Origin: a virus
Lineage: Duplodnaviria > Caudoviricetes
Length of the DNA stretch: 64,000 nucleotides
Virus record (IMG/VR): IMGVR_UViG_3300050821_003047
Coordinates: 1,500 to 65,499 of that record
Strand: one strand, 5' to 3'
A program made the position numbers and the translations under genes. Positions within the stretch are counted from its first letter, which is position 1. Each line of letters begins with the position of its first letter. This document shows positions 1 through 9,334 of this stretch, piece after piece. The notes below the pieces were generated by a model, which was not told the origin of the DNA, made no database searches, and was given only the letters and a program-made list of their open reading frames with translations.

Positions 1-887
1 CGTTCCTCTTTGCCAATGCGGCTCCAAAATTCCGAGTATGCAGCGATGCCGTCTTCGGCGGCCGTGCGGGCGCGTTGACGGAGTCGCTCGGAACCGTCGA
101 TCACGGGTGCGTCTGCGTTCCATCGTTGGATAGCCTCGCCGTCGACAACTGTGATCATCTTGCGCCCAGGGAATAGTTTCACCAACTGACCCGGAACCTT
201 GATCGGTACCGCTTCATGCGTGCTCTCTTCCAGCATGAGCGATAGCAGCATTTCGAATTGAAACTTCTTTTCGCAGATCGGTTGCAGCCCTAGCTGTATC
301 ACCATATTTTCCTTTGCAAGCGGCGCTTTTTGAGCAACATCGCCAGCACTAAATACAACGGGATCGCCCTTTTTTATCTGCGACACTTTGGGCTCGGCTC
401 GCAAGCAGAAAATAATGTGCATGTTGCTGTTGAGCAGGTAATTAACGAAGCGGCGATGTCGTTTCTTTGGATCGGCCCATTTCCCGAACTTGCCCATCCT
501 ATCTTCGAGCTTATCGGCCATCTCGGAAACTCCTCCGATCCCATCCCACTCATGAGATCCGTTGTCAACAACCGCAACGGCATAACCGGCATTCTCGGCA
601 GCTTGCAGGTGCTCAGTGTAGCGCTCTGGGCTGAAGGGAGGGTCAAAACGAATGTAGCCATACATCCCATCCTCATGATGACGGTATGCCTCGACAATCA
701 ATGGGTCCGTCGTCGGCGTTTCCCCTCGTCCGTTCTCCGTATCTATCATCGCCACCTTACCGCCGACGCCGGCGATGCCGCGGGCGAGCAGCAGCGCCGT
801 GAACGTCTTGCCGCCACCGGTCACGCTCGCGATCGAGATCAGCATCGGCGCGGCTTTGCGTTGCGCCTTGCGGAATTCAAGAGGCAT
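1..887 (-). CDS. Sak4-like AAA ATPase / recombinase (partial, runs off left edge)
   Basis: Not in the ORF track. Manual translation from ATG at 887 gives MPLEFRKAQRKAAPMLISIASVTGGGKTFTALLLARG (Walker A), then IDTE and VVDNGSHEW (Walker B). It lies next to a RecE-like exonuclease. Confidence 0.8.
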   Translation of the reverse strand, partial: MPLEFRKAQRKAAPMLISIASVTGGGKTFTALLLARGIAGVGGKVAMIDTENGRGETPTTDPLIVEAYRHHEDGMYGYIRFDPPFSPERYTEHLQAAENAGYAVAVVDNGSHEWDGIGGVSEMADKLEDRMGKFGKWADPKKRHRRFVNYLLNSNMHIIFCLRAEPKVSQIKKGDPVVFSAGDVAQKAPLAKENMVIQLGLQPICEKKFQFEMLLSLMLEESTHEAVPIKVPGQLVKLFPGRKMITVVDGEAIQRWNADAPVIDGSERLRQRARTAAEDGIAAYSEFWSRIGKEE

Positions 888-1101
888 GAGTGCTCTCCGT
901 TTCCCGCACTACCGGCGAACGCATCCATCGCCACACCCGGTAAAGCATCGCCAGTTGAATCCAGAACTTTTCCGGGATGAACCATAATTCCAGATTACGG
1001 ATGACAACATCGGAGGGCGCGTCGATCATGAAGATGGCGACATCTTGCTTGGACAACACGAGTTCCCCCTGGAAATCAAAATCACAGTTTTCTATTTTCA
1101 T
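877..1101 (-). CDS. hypothetical protein
   Basis: ORF tiles between the exonuclease and Sak4-like genes in the same operon. Confidence 0.5.
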   Translation of the reverse strand: MKIENCDFDFQGELVLSKQDVAIFMIDAPSDVVIRNLELWFIPEKFWIQLAMLYRVWRWMRSPVVRETESTHAS

Positions 1102-1102
1102 A

Positions 1103-2035
1103 TCAGTACATCACCCCCGGAATCTCCTCATCCTCGACCGGCGTCACTTGGCAGGCGTACCGCCAGGGTTTATCCACGCCGAAATGCTCCATACATTCCT
1201 TGTAAAGTCGCAGCAACGACCGGATCTCGATCACGCCGCGCTGCCACAGCAGGCTGTGCTGGCCGCGATGGAGCGATCGCAACCGCGTCTCGTGCGGGTT
1301 CTCGGACTGGACGAACGACAGAATGTAATCGCCCTTCCACTCCGGCCCCTTAAGGTTCGAATAAAACACGCCCTGCATGTAGTGCTTCTCGTAGAAAATG
1401 GCATCCGCTACGCTGCGGTCCACGGTGCGCCCGTGCTTGACCGAGAACGTCTTCGCATCTACAATCCAACCCGGCGTATCCCAATCGAGCAGGCCCTTCA
1501 ACCGCAGCCCGGTATCGCTGTCGGTGGCTTGCAAGCACTTCTCTGGCTCGCCTTCCTTCAGCAATCGCCGCAATTCCGGCTCATCGGCCAACGCCACGGC
1601 CATGCCGGTCAATCGATGCCAGTCCTCGACTTTAAAACATTGCTTGCCAGCGTTAGCGGCCTCGTGACGCAATCGCAGCACGTCGAGGATGGGTGGAACC
1701 ACCCGCTGCATTTGCAGCCACGCGATTAGATCGTCCTTGCGCTTGTTGACTGCGGCAGGTACAACCAAGCCGGCTTCTCGGCAATAATGCCGCATGTCGT
1801 CCATTGTGACCAACGCGTCGGGCGGGGGATCGAGTTCGCAGTAATACCGCGCGTCGAACTCCTTTGGCTGGAGAACGGCGCAGTGTAGCGCGGTTCCGAG
1901 GTCCATCGCCGGGGTTGACTCGCGCTGCCGGTTCGGGCGCACGTGGTTGTACCAGGCGGTCAGCGGGGACACGGCTAGATCCTTGAGCAGGCTGTAATTT
2001 ACGGCGGGGATGGCATCGTACTCGGCGCGGGTCAT
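1103..2035 (-). CDS. PD-(D/E)XK exonuclease, RecE/exonuclease VIII (DUF3799)-like
   Basis: Motifs YDAIPAVNYSLLK, TPAMDLGTALHCAVL, LKGLLDW...IVDAKT and HYMQGVFY. Confidence 0.85.
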   Translation of the reverse strand: MTRAEYDAIPAVNYSLLKDLAVSPLTAWYNHVRPNRQRESTPAMDLGTALHCAVLQPKEFDARYYCELDPPPDALVTMDDMRHYCREAGLVVPAAVNKRKDDLIAWLQMQRVVPPILDVLRLRHEAANAGKQCFKVEDWHRLTGMAVALADEPELRRLLKEGEPEKCLQATDSDTGLRLKGLLDWDTPGWIVDAKTFSVKHGRTVDRSVADAIFYEKHYMQGVFYSNLKGPEWKGDYILSFVQSENPHETRLRSLHRGQHSLLWQRGVIEIRSLLRLYKECMEHFGVDKPWRYACQVTPVEDEEIPGVMY

Positions 2036-2208
2036 CGGAAGTCTGCCTCGCTAAGTCCAAGATTGGCTAACGTATCGCGCTCCTGGGGCGGCTCATCCCC
2101 GTATTCGCAGCCTTCGCACAGCCGCCCACAGCCGGATTCAACCCAAATCTTGCAACCGCAAACTTCGCATGAGGCGTACGAGCCATTTTCGTCAGACCAA
2201 TCAGACAT
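2032..2208 (-). CDS. small Cys-rich hypothetical protein
   Basis: Manual translation MSDWSDENGSYASCEVCGC...LCEGCEY, 58 aa, with overlapping start/stop junctions. Confidence 0.5.
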   Translation of the reverse strand: MSDWSDENGSYASCEVCGCKIWVESGCGRLCEGCEYGDEPPQERDTLANLGLSEADFR

Positions 2209-2452
2209 TGTTTCCCCTCAACATTTCCAAAACCATGCGCCGCGTCTCAGCAGACGGTGGCGTCTTGCGCTTGTAGCCAGCGGCTTGGGAGTAACGCAGC
2301 CATCCGTCCTCGGGCAACCAGCCGGCCCGCTCGGGCGTCACGCCATCCGCCCGCATCATGTCCGCGATGGCAGAGGCTTTCTTCTCGCGTCCGAGGATCT
2401 CGAACTGGTTGGCCGCTTCGGGGCCGGTGAGGTTGCGCACGGGCTTTACCAT
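2201..2452 (-). CDS. hypothetical protein
   Basis: Tiled ORF in the early operon with an upstream GGAGG. Confidence 0.55.
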   Translation of the reverse strand: MVKPVRNLTGPEAANQFEILGREKKASAIADMMRADGVTPERAGWLPEDGWLRYSQAAGYKRKTPPSAETRRMVLEMLRGNNV

Positions 2453-2584
2453 TCCAGTCCTCCGGTGTTAACCGAGTCCGTCCCACGGGGGCGGTTAACG
2501 TCCCCCACCCAGCGGATGGCGCGCTCAAAGGCGAATACGAGCGCGACCCACAACAGCGCGCTGAATAATAGTGAAATGGCTAGA

Positions 2585-3154
2585 TTACGCATCAATGTTT
2601 CCTTTCAATACCGCCCCTGCGTAAAAATGCTTCAAATTCTCAAACATCAGGGCAGCCGAATGCCTGCCTTTCAGGCAATTAAGTCCATAGCACGTGAGAA
2701 CCACGTTGTCCAAATCGTAGCCACGAGAAGAGTCCACCCGATCTACGGACATCGCGCGCGGGTTGTTTTTGATGCCTCCCATCAATTCCATATCAACTCC
2801 CGTGTAGAAGCACTTGCCTTCCTGTTTCTTGTACAAATCCCGGATATCGGCGGATCTTATACTAGATCCGGCCTTGGTCAAATGGCTCAGGAGTTGCTGG
2901 ATTCTGCCGGTCAATGGATTCCTCCATCGTCCCTTGCGGGTTCTCCATTCGGCAACGCTGGAGACGCGGCAACTATTGCACCAAGAGCTGATTTTGGTTT
3001 TGGATGATGACTTTCTCCCAAATCCCGTCAGTAGGCCCTTCCATTCATCGCATTTGGGGCAGAATTTCTCAGCCGATAACCCCTCTCCGCGAATCAGAGC
3101 GGCCCTTCTTCCGTGTTCGTAGTGGTACTTCACGGCTAATCGAATCCTCGGCAA
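2585..3154 (-). CDS. HNH-type (His-Me finger) endonuclease with N-terminal Zn finger
   Basis: CPKC...WCNSC, then QEGKCFYTG and SVDRVDSSRGYDLDNVVLTCYGLNCLK. Lower GC than its flanks. Start uncertain. Confidence 0.8.
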   Translation of the reverse strand: MPRIRLAVKYHYEHGRRAALIRGEGLSAEKFCPKCDEWKGLLTGFGRKSSSKTKISSWCNSCRVSSVAEWRTRKGRWRNPLTGRIQQLLSHLTKAGSSIRSADIRDLYKKQEGKCFYTGVDMELMGGIKNNPRAMSVDRVDSSRGYDLDNVVLTCYGLNCLKGRHSAALMFENLKHFYAGAVLKGNIDA

Positions 3155-3429
3155 CCACAGTAATATCTGTCGAACTCAGCCGGCCCGCGAGGCGTGAAAT
3201 CCGTGCAGGTCAGCCGATTGTTGCGCGCCATTACCTCAGGCGTGTGCGCCGGGACGGTGTATCCGCACTTGCAGCCTTCCGTCGCATGGCGCGATCCTTC
3301 GCCGCAGAACTCGAAGAACGCCAATGCCGTGGAGCTTGGCTCCGTGTTCTTGCAATACGAGCAGCGGGCGCGGCGGCCGGCGAGTTCGGGATTGTTCGGT
3401 TTTGTCGCCTCTTTTACTAATTCAGTCAT
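3136..3429 (-). CDS. Cys-rich hypothetical protein
   Basis: GGAGG RBS before ATG 3429. Contains CSYC, CKCG and YYCGCRG. Confidence 0.6.
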   Translation of the reverse strand: MTELVKEATKPNNPELAGRRARCSYCKNTEPSSTALAFFEFCGEGSRHATEGCKCGYTVPAHTPEVMARNNRLTCTDFTPRGPAEFDRYYCGCRGFD

Positions 3430-3614
3430 TTCCCCTCCTCTAGTCGAACGATGTGAAGATTTCCAATCCACGAACTATGCGACGGCTTGGCGCTTTCTAT
3501 CTGGTCTAGGGAATTGCGCTGTTGATCGGCAGTTTTCCAATCTAACCCGCTAGCCACGATTGTTTCCACCGTCTTGCCCGTTTCGCGATTGGTGCGAATT
3601 ATCGAATAGGTCAT
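3426..3614 (-). CDS. hypothetical protein
   Basis: Tiled ORF with ATGA overlaps. Confidence 0.5.
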   Translation of the reverse strand: MTYSIIRTNRETGKTVETIVASGLDWKTADQQRNSLDQIESAKPSHSSWIGNLHIVRLEEGK

Positions 3615-4081
3615 TTCGCGCCTGCGGTTTCAGATTCGCGAATAGCTTCCTCGCAAATCGAGACGCACTTAGCCACAGATGCTCCTGCCGGGTATACTCA
3701 ACGGCTCCAATCCGTAGGGTCGATGTAAACGACTGAACCGACCATCGCCACGGCCAGCAGGGCAAGCAGCAGGCAGTGGAGGGCGGCGAGGGTGAGTTTG
3801 CGGGGCATCAGCGCCGGACCTCAATCATCTCTGATCCCCATCACACCAAATCGTGGACATTGGCCCGAACTGTTCAATCGCGATCACCTTTTGCTCCTTT
3901 GGCTCCGGGTGCTTGCCATCCGCGTCGAGATGGAAGTTATCGACGCAGAGCACCGTTTCGCCGACTTCCGGAAGGGGAGAACCGAGCTTAACCTTCCATC
4001 CTGCGAGCGTTTTGGCCGTGACTGTTTTCATTTTTGCTGACTCCAATTTCAGCCCCCTTCGCAAAGGGGAAGAGGCGAGTT

Positions 4082-4300
4082 TTATTCTGCGTTCTTCGGC
4101 ATCGTACGGCACGCGTCATCTTCGTCACGCTCGGCAGACAATGCGGCTTCACGCGCAAGGCTATTCGCGTCGGCGTGCTCAGGATTTGCGAAATATTCCC
4201 AGTTCTTCGCCGCTAAACGCTCCGACTCTGAGCCGCTAAACCATTCTCTGTCGCCGTCGCGGTAAATGGTTCCGTAGGGGGTCTTTGTCTCGATTGTCAT
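4082..4300 (-). CDS. hypothetical protein
   Basis: Tiled ORF in the early operon. Confidence 0.5.
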   Translation of the reverse strand: MTIETKTPYGTIYRDGDREWFSGSESERLAAKNWEYFANPEHADANSLAREAALSAERDEDDACRTMPKNAE

Positions 4301-4536
4301 CTTCTCTTCTCCTGCCGGATGGCTTCCGGCCAGCTGGTCCTAACCGTATCGTAAGTATAATTGCAGGAGTCAAACTGCTCTGGATGATCCCGGAGCAGGG
4401 CCTCCAAATAACGTACGGCACCTTGCAACTTGTGCAGAGCGGATCCTTTTGCGCAGTGGCTTCCGAGTGTAAAACCGTTCTCGCGGATGCGCGCATCCAG
4501 AATATCAATCGCGTCGAGGATGTCTTGTTCGTCCAT
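4297..4536 (-). CDS. hypothetical protein
   Basis: Tiled ORF with ATGA overlap. Confidence 0.55.
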   Translation of the reverse strand: MDEQDILDAIDILDARIRENGFTLGSHCAKGSALHKLQGAVRYLEALLRDHPEQFDSCNYTYDTVRTSWPEAIRQEKRR

Positions 4537-4597
4537 GAGTCCATCATCTGCCTATATACACTGCCATACAAGACCGCCGATGAGGGGATTTACGATG

Positions 4598-5221
4598 CTA
4601 CTTTGCGGGTATTGCGGTCTGGTACGGTACTACTACTCGCCGCGCCGTCCCGACGCTCACCACCGGCCCATCGACCCCGCGCACCCGCAACGCCCAACTC
4701 CAGAAATGCAGGTGATACCGCCGCGCCGCACAGTCCTCCATGCTCTCGAACATGCGGTATACCGACTGCGCCACCTCGGTGGTCACGATGTCGGGTAACT
4801 TACGCGCTAGGCGGCGGGCGGCCCCCTCGCGGCCGGGGGGCAGGGGATCCGATACGGGCGAATAGTGAACGTGGGCGGTTTCGGCGATGGACGGCTTGCC
4901 AAGCTCCTTAGCCATCTGCAACGCGGCGGCCTCGTGCAAGGTGCCCGAATACGAAAGGCACGGGCTGTCTCCACCAAACATGCTAGGCTCATAGGCTTTC
5001 CACCCCACGCATATCCCGGCCTTCAATGCATCCAGGCTCGCAATGCCGGCCGCTAAAGCCGCGGCGCGAATACCTGACCACCCCTTGCCGGCCAGCTGCC
5101 ACCAGGCGATAACCTCTCCGTCACGAGGCACGTACCGCTCCGTCACCGGCCGCGGGTGGTATCCTGGCTTAGCGGCGGTCCGAACGATGGCCATGATAGG
5201 CGGATGGTTGCGTGGCTTCAT
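4598..5221 (-). CDS. hypothetical protein
   Basis: 207-aa ORF with a GGAGG RBS, directly after the previous stop. Confidence 0.6.
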   Translation of the reverse strand: MKPRNHPPIMAIVRTAAKPGYHPRPVTERYVPRDGEVIAWWQLAGKGWSGIRAAALAAGIASLDALKAGICVGWKAYEPSMFGGDSPCLSYSGTLHEAAALQMAKELGKPSIAETAHVHYSPVSDPLPPGREGAARRLARKLPDIVTTEVAQSVYRMFESMEDCAARRYHLHFWSWALRVRGVDGPVVSVGTARRVVVPYQTAIPAK

Positions 5222-5596
5222 TTAGCTGACCTCCAACGCCGCCGGCTTAAACACTGGCTTCCGCTCGCCGTGCCGCTGTACCATGGGATCACCTGGCATC
5301 TTGATAGCAACGTGCCATTCGCAGTCGTTATTCACAACAGCCACAATCTCTCCCAGAAGGAAAAACGTCGTGCACATCCCGTCTGAGATATGCTCGTCGG
5401 CCATGAAATAACTCGCCCACTTGTTGTTTTTCCATAGGGCCACCGGCATCGCTTGCAGGTGCGGATCTTCAATCTTCCGCAGTTCCCTCAACGCCATCAT
5501 TACCGTGCCGCTTAAGTTCACAAAGGTCCGCTCCTTGCGTTGCAGCATCCATTCGTTAAATTCTTCCGTAATGTTCACCTTGATACTACGCTCCAT
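5222..5596 (-). CDS. hypothetical protein (possible N-terminal ribbon-helix-helix)
   Basis: N-terminus SIKVNITEEFNEW...LSGTVMMALREL has an RHH-like pattern. Confidence 0.5.
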   Translation of the reverse strand: MERSIKVNITEEFNEWMLQRKERTFVNLSGTVMMALRELRKIEDPHLQAMPVALWKNNKWASYFMADEHISDGMCTTFFLLGEIVAVVNNDCEWHVAIKMPGDPMVQRHGERKPVFKPAALEVS

Positions 5597-5602
5597 GCTT
5601 TT

Positions 5603-5794
5603 CTACCCCTTCGCTGCGATGTCGGGGCCGAGCATTCGCTCTTCTGAAATTCGCTGCGCGTCTTCTACTGCAATTGAAGCTACTCCGGAAATACTCGACC
5701 GGATACGCACGGATTCCTCTTCCAGCCATTCAAATGACTCTTTAGAGATCCATATCACTACTCTCTTTCGTCCTTCACGGAAACTTTGTCTCAT
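5603..5794 (-). CDS. small ribbon-helix-helix-like regulator
   Basis: RKRVVIWISKESFEWLEEES...SISGVASIAVE. First gene after a sigma70-like promoter. Confidence 0.55.
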   Translation of the reverse strand: MRQSFREGRKRVVIWISKESFEWLEEESVRIRSSISGVASIAVEDAQRISEERMLGPDIAAKG

Positions 5795-5802
5795 GCTTTA
5801 AG

Positions 5803-5831
5803 AGTCTGCCATGTTGTTCCATTATTGTCAA
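5803..5831 (-). promoter_or_regulatory. sigma70-type early promoter
   Basis: Minus strand TTGACA-N17-CAGACT with a TG extension, 8 nt before ATG 5794. Confidence 0.6.
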
Positions 5832-5961
5832 TAACTTTTATTCACGAGGCGCTTGCGTGCCCTTAATGCGCCAATTATATGGCAGTTACGATGCCGTTAG
5901 TTGGCCAATTGGTTCCATAAAGATTCACGCAAGCTGGCGTGATAAAAAATGCCTCTGAGGA

Positions 5962-6312
5962 CTACGGAGTCTCCGTTTCGACCGCCCGCGCCGTCCGCTT
6001 AACCCACGCTATATGCGCTGCCAGCGCATCCCTGCCAGGATTTAGTATCCTCCACGTTTTCACTATCATACGGCCAAACCTAGTTGGCACCGCGCTGTCG
6101 TCTCGATCCGTGCTGTAGATGTACGCCAATTGCTCCATCCGCCGCGCCACCTGGCCCATAGAGGCCACAGAAACGATCAATCCGGCCATTCCCATCATGT
6201 ACTCGACCAATTCCCCCACGGTCGCTCCATCTTCAGCCTCAACTACACAGCACAGAAACGCAAACTCGAATGAACTCAATGGTATACCGTCAATGGAACT
6301 CTTGATACGCAT
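5962..6312 (-). CDS. winged-helix (PadR-like) transcription regulator
   Basis: LSSFEFAFL...ATVGEL...SVASMGQVARRMEQLAYI...KTWRILNPGRDAL fits the wHTH pattern. GGAGG RBS and a TGg-TATAGT -10 upstream. Confidence 0.6.
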   Translation of the reverse strand: MRIKSSIDGIPLSSFEFAFLCCVVEAEDGATVGELVEYMMGMAGLIVSVASMGQVARRMEQLAYIYSTDRDDSAVPTRFGRMIVKTWRILNPGRDALAAHIAWVKRTARAVETETP

Positions 6313-6340
6313 GCCTCGTTAACCTCCATTGCCACTATAC

Positions 6341-6467
6341 CACTGTTTCATACAAGATCTTCCTTTTTATAGTGTACTAGGAACTTAACCTATAATTATA
6401 TCGTAAGTATATTTATAGGCTAACTATGGAGGATATACTATTTTCGAAGATATCGTATGAAACAGTG
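6341..6467. repeat. 127-bp AT-rich imperfect palindrome between divergent early and late arms
   Basis: CACTGTTTCATAC (6341-6353) pairs perfectly with GTATGAAACAGTG (6455-6467). Inner arms CCTATAATTATA (6389-6400) and TATATTTATAGG (6408-6419) share the same centre, 6404. Confidence 0.85.
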
Positions 6468-6523
6468 TGCGCGTCAAGTCTGCCACGTTCACGCCCCCAG
6501 CAACAATCTGCTACACTGCGAAC

Positions 6524-7057
6524 GTGCCAAGCCTCGCGCAGCCGGTCGAAGGGATAATCAATCTGCCGCCGCAGGACCAATTGTTTTGCGCTCTCGTGGC
6601 CAGTGGATGGAACTACTCACAGGCAGCCGAAAAGGCAGGATGGGAAAAGACTTACGGATGGAATAAAATACAGGTCCCGGCAATCAGGGAATTCATAAAG
6701 GAACTTTCCTTGGCCGCTCCAGAAGAGGCCATTCGCATTGAACTTGGCGCAGACCTGACGATGATCCGCCGACGATTGATGCATGGCGACATCGACAGTG
6801 AGGAGCGCGCGTGTATCGACCTACGTATCAAAGCCGTCATGGCGTCGGCAAAGTTTCACGGGCTCATTGTCGATCGTAAGTCAGTAGACAAGCGTTCGCT
6901 CGATCTAACGGCAGTGACAGTGGAGATGCTGAGGCAGGAGTTAGGAAGGACGATTGACGCGCTTGACCCAGGATCGCGTGGAGCGATTGAGGAACGCGTC
7001 AAAGCCGTTGCCAGCAGGAGCCGGAAGGCTGTCGAGACAGTTACGGTTGAGGGTTAG
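6524..7057 (+). CDS. terminase small subunit (putative)
   Basis: N-terminal HTH QDQLFCALVASGWNYSQAAEKAGW...PAIREFI and C-terminal RIKAVMASAKFHGLIVDR. First late gene. GTG 6524 follows TGc-TACACT by 6 nt. Confidence 0.7.
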   Translation: MPSLAQPVEGIINLPPQDQLFCALVASGWNYSQAAEKAGWEKTYGWNKIQVPAIREFIKELSLAAPEEAIRIELGADLTMIRRRLMHGDIDSEERACIDLRIKAVMASAKFHGLIVDRKSVDKRSLDLTAVTVEMLRQELGRTIDALDPGSRGAIEERVKAVASRSRKAVETVTVEG

Positions 7058-7329
7058 GCTTGCGCCGCCCTCGCCCGCATGTTAGTAAGTCTGGTAACCG
7101 CCTCACTCGCCAGTAAGTCAATCTTAGACTTGAGATACCGAGCGCTGGCAGATACAGTTATCCGTTGATTGAGACATAACTCATTGGCGTGAGTTATGGG
7201 TGAGTCGATAGACGTGAGTGTCCAGCCTTCCCAGCGTCCGTCATCACGGCGGATGACAAGGCCGAACGGAGACGAGTAGTGCTCAGGCAGCTCGTCGTTC
7301 TCGGGATAGTGGGTCCATGGGATGGTCAT
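7054..7329 (-). CDS. hypothetical protein
   Basis: ORF coupled to 7326-7646. Confidence 0.5.
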   Translation of the reverse strand: MTIPWTHYPENDELPEHYSSPFGLVIRRDDGRWEGWTLTSIDSPITHANELCLNQRITVSASARYLKSKIDLLASEAVTRLTNMRARAAQA

Positions 7330-7646
7330 TCGCCTGGCCTGTTATAGTCAAAGCGATTGCGCACGCAATCCTCCCAGAGTCCATCATCCTTCATCTGCTG
7401 GATACGCGCCGCCGCCACATGCGCAGCCCCCTTGGCGCGCTCCATCTCCTCCCGTCCTGGCCGGCACCAGTCGTCATCCCACGTGACCGGGAAGTCGCGC
7501 TCGCTGCGACTGGTGACATCGATGTCGAGGACCGATGTGCCGGCCCGCGGCGCGTTGAAGCGGCAATAGCCGATGCTATCGCTTGATGTAGCGCGCAACG
7601 GCGCATCGTCCCAATAGGGGCAGTCCTTGCAGGTGAGGCCAGGCAT
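7326..7646 (-). CDS. small Cys-motif phage protein
   Basis: CKDCPYW...GYCRFNAP...FPVTWDDDWC. AAGGAG RBS. Confidence 0.65.
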   Translation of the reverse strand: MPGLTCKDCPYWDDAPLRATSSDSIGYCRFNAPRAGTSVLDIDVTSRSERDFPVTWDDDWCRPGREEMERAKGAAHVAAARIQQMKDDGLWEDCVRNRFDYNRPGE

Positions 7647-8147
7647 GTTGTCTCCTTAAGCGGCCTCGCCACTGTTTCCGCTGCTCCTGCGACGGGCGCT
7701 CCACCTTCCCAGTGGAAGCGTTTATCAGGGCTGGCGTGTGTAGGGCCGTATCTCAGTGTGGACCCGAACGCCGCGCCGGCGCAATACCCGCCGATGCGGG
7801 TATCCTTTGCAATGCAAACCTCTTTGCGTTTAGCTTCCGATAACGGCCATTATGTAAACTATTACGATGCGTTTGGCGTTGGGTTGAGCGATGTCTAAGC
7901 GTCAAGTGCAAGCAGGTGAACGATACACACATACGAAGTGTATATGGTTGGTGGCCAGCATGGTTTGGTCAGACGGCGACTCCGCGCGGGTGACGGGGAC
8001 TCCGCAAGGCCCCCGTACCCCTCTTTTGAAAACGATAGCGGCGTCAGAGATCCCGGTAACGCCTCAACAATTCGGCCCAAAAAATTGGGGGCGAGTACGC
8101 CGGGGTTGGGGAGGAGGTGTGTAGTGCTGGCTGGGTATACGGCCAGG

Positions 8148-8486
8148 TTAGCGAGCGCCACGGGTGCGGCGGCTGGTAAATGGCGTCATGAGTTCTGCGG
8201 TGACCCGTCCCAGCCGTTCGCAGTCGGAGCAGTGGAGGTGGCGGCCACTGCGGGCATGTTTCAGGAGGTATTCGAGCTGTTCGACGAGGACCTCATCGGC
8301 CGGCGCGGCTGGGATGGTTTCAGGGTTGGCCGCGGTTGGCGGACCGTAAGGCACATCGTCCGGGATGCCGAGGATGGCGCGTACCTTGTCGAGGAAATCA
8401 GGAGAGGGGTTGCGTCCGTGCCTGAAGATATTCGCGGCGACAATTTCTAGGTCAGTGTCAATGGTAGGGTCTGGGTTGCGCGCCAT
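8148..8486 (-). CDS. hypothetical protein
   Basis: MARNPDPTIDTDLEIVAAN..., with a C-terminal HCSDC. Confidence 0.5.
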   Translation of the reverse strand: MARNPDPTIDTDLEIVAANIFRHGRNPSPDFLDKVRAILGIPDDVPYGPPTAANPETIPAAPADEVLVEQLEYLLKHARSGRHLHCSDCERLGRVTAELMTPFTSRRTRGAR

Positions 8487-8656
8487 GCCCGTAATATGGA
8501 CCCATTCTCGGCGGTTGTAAATGGGCTGTTTACCTGAGATTGCACGGGGCGGCCTGCGTTGGGCGCGACTCAACGGCATCCCCCGGCATACCCCTAGAGG
8601 CATAGTACTATAGATTTCCATAAGAAATTAGGTACTATTGTTAGCGAGGAGGAAGC

Positions 8657-8851
8657 ATGGCGCGTAAGGAGCGAGGCGAGAGGTATGTAGACGACGCACC
8701 GACGGTTAGTGGCGGCATGTTCGTAGACGACGATGCGCCGACGCAGGAGATGCCGGCGGTACCAGAGGGCGATGCGGCGGGCGAGTCGGCAGACGACGAT
8801 GGTGGCTCGGGCGATAACCCGCCGACGATACCACCGGACACGGGAGAGTAA
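8657..8851 (+). CDS. small acidic protein
   Basis: Strong GAGGAGG RBS. D/E/G/P-rich. Confidence 0.55.
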   Translation: MARKERGERYVDDAPTVSGGMFVDDDAPTQEMPAVPEGDAAGESADDDGGSGDNPPTIPPDTGE

Positions 8852-9007
8852 TGCGCGACGTTGGCCGCAAAGGCAGGTGATGCGAAGTGTACCCACAGAC
8901 AACGGTTCAATACCCTGGCAATATTATCGTCCAGCCGAATCTAGTCGAGGGTCCAGCGCCCCGGCGTGGCAAGGTAAAGCTGGATAGATAAGTCCACGTA
9001 AAAACAC

Positions 9008-9334
9008 ATGGCTGAGCACACCCCGGAAGCACAAAACTGGATAGCGGCTGCGGTTGCTGGCGCTTTCGGGGTTCTTGCCAATGTGGTGCAGTATTTTTTT
9101 CACCGCGGGCGATCGGAGGATGACGACCGGGACGGGATCAGCGATCAGATTAAGGCGCTCGACGCCGCCTCGCGCCACGCTCAAGACCGGATGGAAACGC
9201 TACATGATGAGATCAGTCGGCTGCGACGGGACTTTGAGAATTTCAGAACCGATGAGTTGAGGTGGCAGAGTAGTGTGGACGAGCGGATATTGCGTATTTG
9301 GCGCAGGATTCCAGCCGGGAGCGATGGAGACTGA
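9008..9334 (+). CDS. single-TM coiled-coil protein (possible lysis accessory)
   Basis: WIAAAVAGAFGVLANVVQYFF TM segment followed by a heptad region. Confidence 0.6.
   Translation: MAEHTPEAQNWIAAAVAGAFGVLANVVQYFFHRGRSEDDDRDGISDQIKALDAASRHAQDRMETLHDEISRLRRDFENFRTDELRWQSSVDERILRIWRRIPAGSDGD

Noticed and set aside
330-3007. Long plus-strand ORFs (330-980, 977-1729, 2063-3007)
   Set aside because: Antisense shadows of well-supported minus-strand genes in GC-rich DNA. The same applies to most other overlapping ORFs in the track.
7743-7761. Minus-strand CACTGAGATACGGCCC resembling a 16S rRNA segment
   Set aside because: Only ~15 nt with no flanking rRNA similarity; consistent with chance.
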